Of a DNA stretch of 64,000 nt, positions 37,708 through 48,886 are shown piece by piece. The stretch's first letter is position 1. Each line of letters begins with the position of its first letter. The stretch comes from Eledone cirrhosa. Taxonomy: Eukaryota. Below the pieces are notes generated by a model. That model made no database searches. It had not been told where the DNA came from and saw nothing but the letters and a program-made list of their open reading frames with translations. Location: assembly GCA_964016885.1 (NCBI GenBank), contig OZ024745.1, positions 15,810,001 through 15,874,000 on the forward strand. The letters are read 5' to 3'. Both the position numbers and the translations under genes were made by a program.

Positions 37708-38670
37708 AAAAACTGCATGCCTGGACAATATATTAAGAAAATAAACTGAATACTCTGATGGCTGGATAATCTTTAAGATTTTACTCGATGAAGCAGGAAA
37801 AATGCAGGTTTTCACCTAATGCGGGCCCTAGGGGATCAAGAAAATGGATTTTTTTATATGCATAATATGCCTTCAAATTTCGGGAAAATCGGCTAGACGT
37901 AACGCCTCCAAAAAGCCCTAAAAAGCTGAAAAAATGAAGTATTTCTCCTAATGTGGGCCCTAGGCCATAAAAAAGATGGATTTTCTTTGCTCACGGTATG
38001 AAGAAGAGATTGACTAATACATAGTTACAATTTCAAGGAAATCGGTCTGACGTAAAGCCTCAAAAAGCCCTAAAATCTGAAAAAATGAAGTATTTCACCT
38101 AAGGTGGGCCCTAGGCCATAAACAAGTTGGATTTTCTTTGCTCACGGTATGAAGAAGAGACTGACTAATACATAGTTACAATTTCAAGGAAATCGGTCTG
38201 ACGTAAAGCCTAAAAAAAACCTTTAATAAGCTTAAAAAACGCAGTTTTTCACCTAATGCGGGGCCTAGAGGATCAAAAAGTTGAAAAGCTGAAACATAAG
38301 TAATACACATGTAAAATTTGAAAAAAATCGGTTGGGTACTTCTCGAGTTTTAGGGATTCAAACTCACAGACACACACAGAGACAGACATCCTATGGGAAG
38401 TGACGTAATGCAGACAGCCAGACATACAGACAGATATTATTAGGGCGCGACGTTATATGTATGTATCTATCTAAAAAGAGAAAGACTAAGAATTATAGAG
38501 AGAGATCGCTAAAGAGCATTGAAAATTTGAAATTTGTTTTGCTCAGAACACTCCCTGAAACATAAGTATTACATATGTAAAGTTTGAAAACAGTCGGTTG
38601 GGTGGTTCTCGAGCTTTAGGGATTCAAACTCACACACAGAGACAGACATCCTCAGTTTTATATATATAGA
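37708..38670 (-). mobile_element. Non-autonomous Helitron with internal tandem subrepeats
   Basis: Minus strand starts TCTATATATATAAAACTGAGG; homologous to 10695-11000 and 27737-28230. Confidence 0.78.
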
Positions 38671-39204
38671 CTAGCAGAAAGCCACCCGGTGGGCGGTTTT
38701 CTGCTAGCAAATCTAGTGTATATACTGATATTGTTGAAATTTGGATGAGAAATGTTTTCGGCACCACAGGTTCACCGTCTCTCGGTGTGTCTTTTATGCA
38801 TGTATAAATATATATGTTATCTATACGGTGAAATCTTTGAAATAAATATATGTTAAAACGAAAAAGGAGAAAAAGAGATTAGTGACGGAAATATAAACGT
38901 TATGATACATAAACGTTATGATATAACGATGGAAATATATCTTCAAATGGTCCTTGGCATGGTCTCAAGTAAGAACCGCCTCGAACTGGTTACTTCTGGC
39001 TTGTGCAAGGTGTCTCTTTTGCAACCAGCGATTCCCTCGGCCGCAGTGACCAAAGTCAGTGGAGAGGGGAAGGTAATGTTTCTATAGCGACAGTGTTTCT
39101 CTTGGTAGTACTAAAGTGGAGAAAGGAAGGGGAAGGTAATATTTCTGTAGCACCTACATTTGAGTTTTAGGGAAGGACAGACAGACAGACAGACAGACAG
39201 ACAA

Positions 39205-39227
39205 ATAGAGAAATGCCCATATATTTC

Positions 39228-39292
<65 letters not shown>

Positions 39293-39555
39293 GTATATTA
39301 CACACACAGAAATGTATATATATTTCTGTGTGTGTGTATATATATATATATATATTACACACACAGAAATGTATATATATTTCTGTGTGTGTATATATAT
39401 ATTTCTGTGTGTGTATATATATATATATTACACAGACAGAAATGTATATATATTTCTGTGTGTATATATATATATTACACACACAGAAATGTATATATAT
39501 TTCTGTGTGTGTATATATATATATATTACACACACAGAAATGTATATATATTTCT
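39205..39555. repeat. Minisatellite of self-complementary units
   Basis: ACACACAGAAAT-gtatatat-ATTTCTGTGTGT repeated about 5-6 times with variable (TA)n spacers. Confidence 0.88.
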
Positions 39556-39674
39556 TAGAACAAAATTATTATTAATGTTTTGCTGTTCATAACAATTGGA
39601 ATTGAAAAATTACTTTTGAAATTATTAGTTATTTTACTAATGCTTAGATATGTAAAAATAAAGCAATGTTTCTA

Positions 39675-39866
39675 ATAATTGTTTCTGCTTTTGGCACAAG
39701 GCCAGCAATAACTCAGTACATTACTGGTACTTTATTTTATCGACCCCCCTGAGGATGAAAGGCAAAGTTAACCTCGGCGGTATTTGAACTCAGACCGTAA
39801 AGGGACGTAACTCCATGCTATGAAGCATGGAGTCCGACTCTCTACAGATTCTGCCAATCCACCGCC
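39675..39866 (-). mobile_element. Meta-domain SINE, same family as 32500-32680
   Basis: Reverse-complement homology over the full length. Confidence 0.85.
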
Positions 39867-40660
39867 CTAATGTCTGTACGTAATGAGGGAGTGAGAGGGG
39901 AGAGAAAGAAAGGCAGAGGTGAAGTGACGAGGTGACTCTCTCCTCCTCCTCCTCCTCCTCCTCCTCCTCCTCCTCCATCTCCCCATTCGTCACAGCGATA
40001 GAGGGGAGGAATGTTAGTGTGTTACAAAGAGAAAGAGTGAGAGTGAGAGAAACAGACAGACTAAAAGAGAGGGATAGCTGGAGAGAGAGAGAGAGAGATA
40101 GCAACCACGCGCGCACGTGTTTCCACTGTCGGACAGACAGACAGAGAAATTGCTGCTTATATATTATAAGGAGTTAAGCTACACACTACAGTATTAACTT
40201 TATATAAACCACACAACACAATATTAACGACATATAGCCTCATACAATATTTACAATATATAACAACATACAATATTAACTTCATATAAACCACATAAAA
40301 CTCGATATTAGCTTTATATATAAATCACACAACCCCCAATGATAATATTCTATAAACCCCATAACACGTAATATTGTTGTTGTTATTGCTCACAACTTCA
40401 CAGGGTGCACCTCATATGAGGTTTCTTGGTTGTTTTAATAACATAGGCCTAAGTCACTATTTTTCCTGTAACATGAGGTGGTATTTGAGAAGCTCACCAA
40501 GCTGCAACAGATACTATAGTGCACCCCATTCCAATGTCCTATCAATCCAGTCAATCAGCCGCCCTGGCCTATTACTTTATTTATCCACCCAGAAACACAC
40601 GAAGCAAAGTTGTTCTTGACTGAAAGTATAAAGAAACGGATGAAACTCGAAATTCTAACA

Positions 40661-40926
40661 CAGCGTTTCTCAACATTTTTACCCTTGTGGAACCCTTGAA
40701 ATAGTTTTCCTGTCTCAGGAAACCCCTTCATAAAATTGTTATATACCTTATTAATATCTGAACGCATTAGCTTATATGCTGTATGTGTATAGTAAAATTA
40801 TAAATATAAAATTAAACAAAAATTGCCCAAAATTGCAATAGGTAATTTATCATTGGTTCTCACAGAAACCCCAGTGACCTTTTGTGACACCTTAGGGTTC
40901 CGGAAAACACAGGTTGAGAAACACTG
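40661..40926. mobile_element. hAT (Charlie-like) MITE
   Basis: TIRs CAGCGTTTCTCAAC / GTTGAGAAACACTG; TSD TTCTAACA / CTCTAACA (7 of 8 match). Confidence 0.82.
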
Positions 40927-40939
40927 CTCTAACAACTCT

Positions 40940-41128
40940 GTACCCTTGGCAGTGGAGACCTCTGGTATCCTCGGCCCTAGGGATACTTCCCTACTCACCA
41001 CCATAGGCACTGAGCTGGTCAGCCGCAGGTGTGAGCCTCGCGAGCTGGAATGGCTTTTCCTTGCCGTCCTCCGGGGAAACGCCTTCTCCATTCTGTCCGC
41101 CGGGGCTGTGGGGAGGCCACCGATATGA
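40940..41128 (+). pseudogene. Second CRE-clade 3' fragment
   Basis: VPLAVETSGILGPR...ELEWLF..LAVLRGNAFSILSAG, homologous to 462-640. Confidence 0.8.
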
Positions 41129-41454
41129 TTGACTGACTTGTCATTTTATCAGTCAGATACTCACTCATCCACTCTTCACCCCGATTCTACACTTATCACT
41201 ATGTGCTATACTTTAATGCTGTTTGTCATGTGTACAACTCTGTCAATTCACCGTCTTTGTCAGGGAGTTAGGGTTAGAGTTAGGGTTAGGGTTTTACGTT
41301 TGTTTTTCCATATTTGCGCAGATTAGACGTAGTTTGTAGCTTATTCTATGTTGAAGGGGCGTTAAGCAGCTGTAAGTACAAGACTTCTGGACAGACGCTA
41401 GTCCGTCACAAAAATAACTACTAGTTACTGATGGGGTTCAGTTTCGTCTGAATG

Positions 41455-41565
41455 AACTGGAGTAACGTGGAATAAAGTACTTTGTTCAGGGACACAACAC
41501 GTCACTCGGTATGGGAATTGAACCCACGATTATCACCCCTACACTCTAACCACGGGGCCACATAT
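41455..41565 (-). mobile_element. Degenerate tRNA-derived SINE (CORE/V-like)
   Basis: Minus strand: TGGCCCCGTGGTTAG, GGTTCAATTCC, GTGTCCCTGAACAAAGTACTT. Confidence 0.55.
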
Positions 41566-41670
41566 CTTCACCACTTTTATATCACACAATATTAAACGAT
41601 AACAAATTTGTAGGCGGGTGAAATGAAATAAATCACGCATGAATTTATTTCAAGTACCAGTCTAGTCAAT

Positions 41671-41880
41671 TCTTCCTCTATATCTCTTCCTCTATATCTC
41701 TTCCTCTATATCTCTTCCTCTATATATCTTCCTCTATCTCTCTTCCTCTATATCTCTTCCTCTATCTCTCTTCCTCTATATCTCTTTCTCTATATCTCTT
41801 CCTCTATATCTCTTCCTCTATCTCTCTTCCTCTATATCTCTTTCTCTATATCTCTTCCTCTATATCTCTTTCTCTATCTC
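41671..41880. repeat. 14-bp tandem repeat (TCTTCCTCTATATC)n
   Basis: Direct reading. Confidence 0.93.
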
Positions 41881-42584
41881 CGGCTGGAAGAAATTTGCTG
41901 TATTCAGGCCTGGAGAATGTGTTCCGCCAGTTTTAAAAAGAACAATGTCCTAGAAGCACCGTATTTCAATACAGCATCTCTATAACACCCCCAGTAGTTA
42001 CAGGACGATACTATATCGTAGGATTGATCCCAAGATCTGATGGTTGTATAGCGAACGTCTTAACCACTGAGCCATATGTTGGCATCCGCAGTTAGATTGT
42101 AACTGAAACGCTAGATGTCGTATCGTCTTGTAAACAAGACGAATAATACAATAACGATTTCCTTAATGTGACTTCCGGTACAATGCAGAGAAGATGCTGT
42201 TGTTGTTGTTGTACATTTCACAAAGTAGCTTCGCTTGTCAAAGATGCAACAAATATTTGATCTTCCATTGTAACATTTGACAGAATCTTTCAACTGAAAT
42301 ATAATAACACCAACAACAATTATAACAACAACAAAAAAAAACCGGAACTTCTTCTTCCCGCCTACTTTCACTTCCTCCCTCATACTCTTACTTCCTTCCA
42401 CTTACCTCCACCCCCCTCACTTCCCCCTTCCTCCTCCTCCACGTTACTTGATAGGTTTCCTTAAACAAACTCATTCTTCTAAATTGGCAACTGAAACTAA
42501 TTTTTATAGGAGTTAAGTTAATCATTTTGTGATAATGTGGTGTTATGACTTAGACTGGATCTCAGCGGAGTTGACCACACTTCC

Positions 42585-42586
42585 TG

Positions 42587-42638
<52 letters not shown>

Positions 42639-44335
42639 CACTCACACACACACACCACACACACGCACACACAAATACACAGACACACACATGTGCTTTC
42701 ACATATAACTGTACATACGGAAACACACACACACACATCACACACGCACACACAAATACACAGACACACACATGTGCTTTCACATATAACTGTACATACG
42801 GAAACACACACACACACATCACACACGCACACACAAATACACAGACACAAACACACCAACATACACATACACACATATGTGTAGGTATATGTGCTTTCAC
42901 ATATACCTACACATACGGAAACACACACTCATGCACGCACACGCACATATACATGAACACTCACACATACATACACGTATACGCACACACCGACACATAC
43001 GTATGCACATACACACACCTACACGCACATACACTCAGACCCGCACACACACAGAGACACACGCATACACATCGACAGATAAGTACACACAAGTACACAC
43101 ACACCTACACACATATAAATCATATTGCTTTCTATCTTTCTCTAATTTCCTCTCACCACTTCTCTTTACCATGTTCTGTGTACTATACACACACACATGC
43201 ACACATACACATGCATGTACACACATACACACATGTACACACATACACACATACACACATGTACACACATATACACATACACACATGCATAGAAACACAG
43301 AACCACACGCATACACACACATACACACATATGCACACGCACATGCACGCACACACATGCAAACACATGTACACACATTCACATGCATAAACACACCGTT
43401 ATATATGCACACACACAAACCTTCATTTACTCACCTCATCACACATTCTCATACACACACACACACCTCCCCCCTCACCTTTTCACCCCCCACCTTTTCA
43501 CACACATACACACACTCACACACACACACTCACTTTTCACACAAACACACACACACTCACACACACACACTCATCTTTTCTCACACACACACTCATCTTT
43601 TCACACAAACACACACACACTCACCTTTTCTCTCTCTCTCTCACACACACACTAGTCCATACACGCACACTCACCTTTTCACACACACATTCACCTTTTC
43701 ACACACACACACTGATCCTTTCACACGCACACACACACACACACACTAGTTTCTTTTTTCCCCTTCCTCCTCTGACACACACGCACATATTTACACACAC
43801 ACTTATCGATTGCTTCCTTCACACCTCCACACACACATGTATACACACACACACACACACACACACGTACATGTATATACACATACACTAACACACACAT
43901 CCACTTATTGATTGTTTTTTTCATGCTTCAATATACATACATGTACACACATATATGTGTATATGATTTTTTCACACATACACACATATACATACATATA
44001 CACACCTATATATACGTACACACACATATATATATAAACATATATACGCATATACTCACCTATATACACGTACACACACATATATATATAAACATATATA
44101 CGCATATACTCACCTATATACACGTACACACACATATATATATATAAACATATATACGCATATACTCATCCATGCAGTTGCACACACACACACTCCACTC
44201 ACTCACATGCACACGCACACACATATTTTGACATCTATACACATATACACATGCATTTTGATTTGATTCTCTCTCTCACACACACACACACACATATAGA
44301 TGCAGTAATGGTGGTCTTATACACACATACACACT

Positions 44336-44377
<42 letters not shown>

Positions 44378-44580
44378 AATATGTATATATATTCTGACAA
44401 CTATACACATATACACATGCCTATTCATTTGTTTCACACACACACACACATATATACATATATATATACATATATAAATAAAAAAAAAATATATATATAA
44501 ATACATATATATATACATATATATATATACATATATATATATAATTATATATATATATATTACATATATATATATATTCT
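42585..44580. repeat. Complex CA/TA-rich low-complexity region
   Basis: Direct reading. Confidence 0.9.
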
Positions 44581-44979
44581 GATATCTCTCCACATATACA
44601 TAAGTCTCCCGTTCTCCACCCCCAAAACAACCTCTCCCCCACCCCCACCCACCATTCACAGTAACATGCTATCCCAGGATACACCACATTGCACACATAT
44701 TAGTCATTTGCACATCCCTCTGCCTCCCACAGTGACATACTATTCCACGGTGCACCACACTGCACCTATATTAGTCACCTCCTGCCCCTACCCCACCTCA
44801 GTGGCACTCTATCCCAGGATGCACCACATTGCACCTATATTAGTCACCTCCACCTGCTACCCCTCCACCGTGGCACTCTATCCCAGCATGCACCACACTG
44901 CAGGTAGATTAGTCACTGAAACCTAATTAATTAGAACGCGTTCTATACATCATTGAAAAGATTGAATATGGTTGAGTTA

Positions 44980-47780
44980 ATGGTGGTGGTGGTGGTGGTT
45001 GTAGTGGTGGTGGTGGTGGTGGTGGTTGTAGTGGTGGTGGTGGTGGTTGTGGTGGTGGTTGTGGTGGTGGTTGTGGTGGTGGTGGTGGTGGTGGTGGTTG
45101 TAGTGGTGGTAGTGGTGGTGGTGGTTGTGGTGGTGGTTGTGGTGGTGGTTGTGGTGGTGGTGGTGGTGGTGGTGGTTGTAGTGGTGGTGGTGGGGGTGGT
45201 GGTTGTAGTGGTGGTAGTGGTGGTGGTGGTTGTAGTGGTGGTGGTGGTGGTGGTGGTTGTAGTGGTGGTTGTGGTGGTGGTGGTGGTGGTGGTGGTTGTA
45301 GTGGTGGTGGTGGTGGTGGTGGTTGTAGTGCTGGTGGTGGTGGTGGTGGTGGTGGTGGTGGTGGTGGTGGTTGTGGTTGTAGTGGTGGTGGTGGTGGTGG
45401 TGGTTGTAGTGCTGGTGGTGGTGGTGGTGGTGGTGGTGGTGGTGGTGGTGGTTGTAGTGGTGGTGGTGGTGGTGGTGGTGGTGGTGGTGGTGGTGGTTGT
45501 AGTGGTGGTGGTGGTGGTGGTGGTTGTAGTGCTGGTGGTGGTGGTGGTGGTTGTAGTGCTGGTGGTGGTGGTGGTGGTGGTGGTTGTGGTTGTAGTGGTG
45601 GTGGTGGTGGTGGTGGTTGTAGTGCTGGTGGTGGTGGTGGTGGTGGTGGTTGTAGTGGTGGTGGTGGTGGTGGTGGTGGTGGTTGTCGTGGTGGTGGTGG
45701 TGGTGGTGGTAGTGGTTGTAGTGGTGGTGGTGGTGGTGGTGGTTGTAGTGGTGGTGGTTGTAGTGGTGGTGGTGATGGTGGTGGTGGTGGTTGTAGTGGT
45801 GGTGGTGGTGGTGGTGGTGGTGGTGGTGGTGGTTGTAGTGCTGGTGGTGGTGGTGGTGGTTGTAGTGCTGGTGGTGGTGGTGGTGGTGGTGGTTGTGGTT
45901 GTAGTGGTGGTGGTGGTGGTGGTGGTTGTAGTGCTGGTGGTGGTGGTGGTGGTGGTGGTGGTGGTGGTGGTTGTAGTGGTGGTGGTGGTGGTGGTGGTTG
46001 TAGTGGTGGTAGTGGTGGTGGTGGTTGTAGTGCTGGTGGTGGTGGTGGTGGTGGTGGTTGTCGTGGTGGTGGTGGTGGTGGTGGTAGTGGTTGTAGTGGT
46101 GGTGGTGGTGGTGGTGGTTGTAGTGGTGGTGGTTGTAGTGGTGGTGGTGATGGTGGTGGTGGTGGTTGTAGTGGTGGTGGTGGTGGTGGTGGTGGTGGTG
46201 GTGGTGGTGGTGGTGGTTGTGGTTGTAGTGGTGGTAGTGGTGGTGTTGGTTGTGGTGGTAGTGGTGGTGGTGGTTGTGGTTGTAGTGGTGGTGGCGGTGG
46301 TGCTGGTGGTTGTGGTGGTAGTGGTGGTGGTGGTTGTGGTGGTGGTGGTGGTGGTGGTTGTAGTGGTGGTAGTGGTGGTGGTGGTTGTAGTGGTGGTGGT
46401 GGTGGTGGTGGTGGTGGTTGTAGTGGTGGTAGTGGTGGTGGTGTAGCTGTTGTTGGTGGTGTAGTTGTTGGTGTAGTTGTTGGTGGTGTAGTTGTTGGTG
46501 TAGTTGTTGGTGGTGTAGTTGGTGGTGTAGTTGTTGGTGGTGTAGTTGGTGGTGTAGTTGTTGGTGGTGTAGTTGTTGGTGTCGTTGTTGGTGGTGTAGT
46601 TGTTGGTGTAGTTGGTGGTGTAGTTGTTGGTGGTGTAGTTGTTGGTGTCGTTGTTGGTGGTGTAGTTGTTGGTGGTGTACTTGTTGGTGGTGTAGTTGTT
46701 GGTGGTGTAGTTGTTGGTGGTGTAGTTGTTGGTGGTGTAGTTGTTGGTGTAGTTGTTGGTGGTGGTATAGTTGTTGTTGGTGTAGTTGTTGGTGTCGTTG
46801 TTGGTGGTGTAGTTGTTGGTGTCGTTGTTGGTGGTGTAGTTGGTGGTGTAGTTGTTGGTGTAGTTGGTGGTGGTGTAGTTGGTGGTGGTGTAGTTGTTGG
46901 TGTAGTTGTTGGTGGTGTAGTTGTTGGTGTCGTTGTTGGTGGTGTAGTTGTTGGTGGTGTCGTTGTTGGTGGTGTAGTTGGTGGTGTAGTTGTTGGTGGT
47001 GTAGTTGTTGGTGTAGTTGTTGGTGTAGTTGTTGGTGGTGTAGTTGTTGGTGTAGTTGTTGGTGGTGTAGTTGGTGGTGTAGTTGTTGGTGGTGTAGTTG
47101 TTGTTGGTGTAGTTGTTGGTGGTGTATTTGTTGGTGGTGTAGCTGTTGGTGGTGTAGTTGTTGGCGGTGTAGTTGGTGGTGGTGTAGTTGTTGGTGTAGT
47201 TGTTGGTGGTGTAGTTGTTGGCGTCGTTGTTGGTGGTGTAGTTGGTGGTGTAGTTGTTGGTGGTGTCGTTGTTGGTGTCGTTGTTGCTGGTGTAGTTGGT
47301 GGTGTAGTTGTTGGTGGTGTAGTTGGTGGTGTAGTTGTAGGTGGTGTAGTTGTTGGTGTCGTTGTTGGTGGTGTAGTTGTTGGTGGTGTAGTTGGTGGTG
47401 GTGTAGTTGTTGGTGTCGTTGTTGGTGGTGTAGTTGTTGGTGGTGTAGTTGTTGGTGGTGTAGTTGTTGTTGGTGTAGTTGTTGGTGTAGTTGTTGGTGC
47501 TGTAGTTGGTGGTGGTGTAGTTGTTGTTGGTGTAGTTGTTGGTGTAGTTGTTGGTGGTGTAGTTGTTGGTGTAGTTGGTGGTGTAGTTGTTGGTGGTGTA
47601 GTTGTTGGTGTCGTTGTTGGTGGTGTAGTTGTTGTTGGTGTAGTTGTTGGTGTTGTAGTTGGTGGTTGTGTAGTTGTTGGTGGTGTAGTTGTTGGTGTAG
47701 TTGTTGGTGGTGTAGTTGGTGGTGGTGTAGTTGTTGGTGGTGTAGTTGTTGGTGTAGTTGTTGGTGGTGTAGTTGGTGGT
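44980..47780. repeat. 2.8-kb GT-rich triplet satellite in two domains: (GGT)n with GTT-GTA interruptions to 46442, then GGT(GGT)GTAGTTGTT-type units
   Basis: Direct reading. Confidence 0.95.
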
Positions 47781-48708
47781 CTTTGGAACGGGTATGTCTT
47801 GCTAATAAGTGTTTTTACGGAGGACTGCCAACAACTTCCAGGCCTGGAACAATGACGTGGTATGATAGCAATAAATACCAGAGTGTAATGTTCATCAATA
47901 CAACCCCTAGAGGCGAACTAGCCTACAAATTTAGAAGGGCCCTAAAGAAACATAATCTCAATATTAAGATAGTAGAAAGACCTGGTACCTCCGTAAAAAC
48001 ACTTATTAGCAAGACACCCGTTCCAAAGACCCTCATGTATAGATAAGAAATGTATAACCTGTAAAATAAGCCCCCATATTAACTGTAAAACTAGAAATGT
48101 AGTATATAGCATAAGATGTACTGAAGGACAATGTAGAAACAAAAATATAGTGTACATAGGTGAGACAGCTCGTAGTATAGGGGAACGAATAAATGAACAC
48201 TGGCGAGACCTCCAAGATAATAAAGAATCATCTGTGCTCTACCAACATGCTAAGATAGAACACAGGGGTAAATTAGAGAGCATAGAAATAAAAATAAAAA
48301 TAGAATCCACACACAAGAAAGACGCAATGTTTAGGCAAATTACAGAGGCAGTAAGCATAAAAGAATTAAAACCAAAATTAAATAGAAAATATGAGTGGAA
48401 CAGCAACATCACAACTTACAATTAAGGACAAAATGAAAACACACACACACATAGAACAAACAACTTACAATTGAAAACACACACAAAATGAAAACACACA
48501 CACACATAGAACAAACAACCAACCAACAATAAATAAATAAATAAACAAACAAATAGAAAAATATAAATAGAAAAATAGAAAAATGAACACAAACACACAC
48601 AGACACCCGGATGTGGCGCATGCGCAAACTGAGCACGCAACCCACACACAAACAAAATGGCGTAGGATAGAAGAAAAGAAAGGCACAGAAACGAAGAAAG
48701 AAATCCCC

Positions 48709-48753
48709 AGTCACTGAAGAGGTCACAGAGTGTGTGACGAAAGAACTATGACT
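48709..48753 (+). ncRNA. Minimal hammerhead motif, 5' pseudo-LTR
   Basis: AGTCA-CTGAAGAg-GTCACA gagtg TGTGAC-GAAA-GAACTA-TGACT. Confidence 0.72.
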
Positions 48754-48886
48754 ATATATATATAAACAACTATCTGGTTGTGGAACCAACCAACCAACCA
48801 GAAATTTATAAATTTGTAAATTTATAAATATATAATAAATTAAATTGAAGTGAAAGCAACTGGTGCGTGTGTTTCTTATTGGCAAC

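Noticed and set aside
41268-41293. Four TTAGGG-like units after a CRE fragment
   Set aside because: Too short to call an interstitial telomere or telomere targeting; the other CRE fragment lacks them.
44953-46446. 497-aa poly-valine ORF
   Set aside because: Artefact of the (GGT)n satellite; not a plausible protein.
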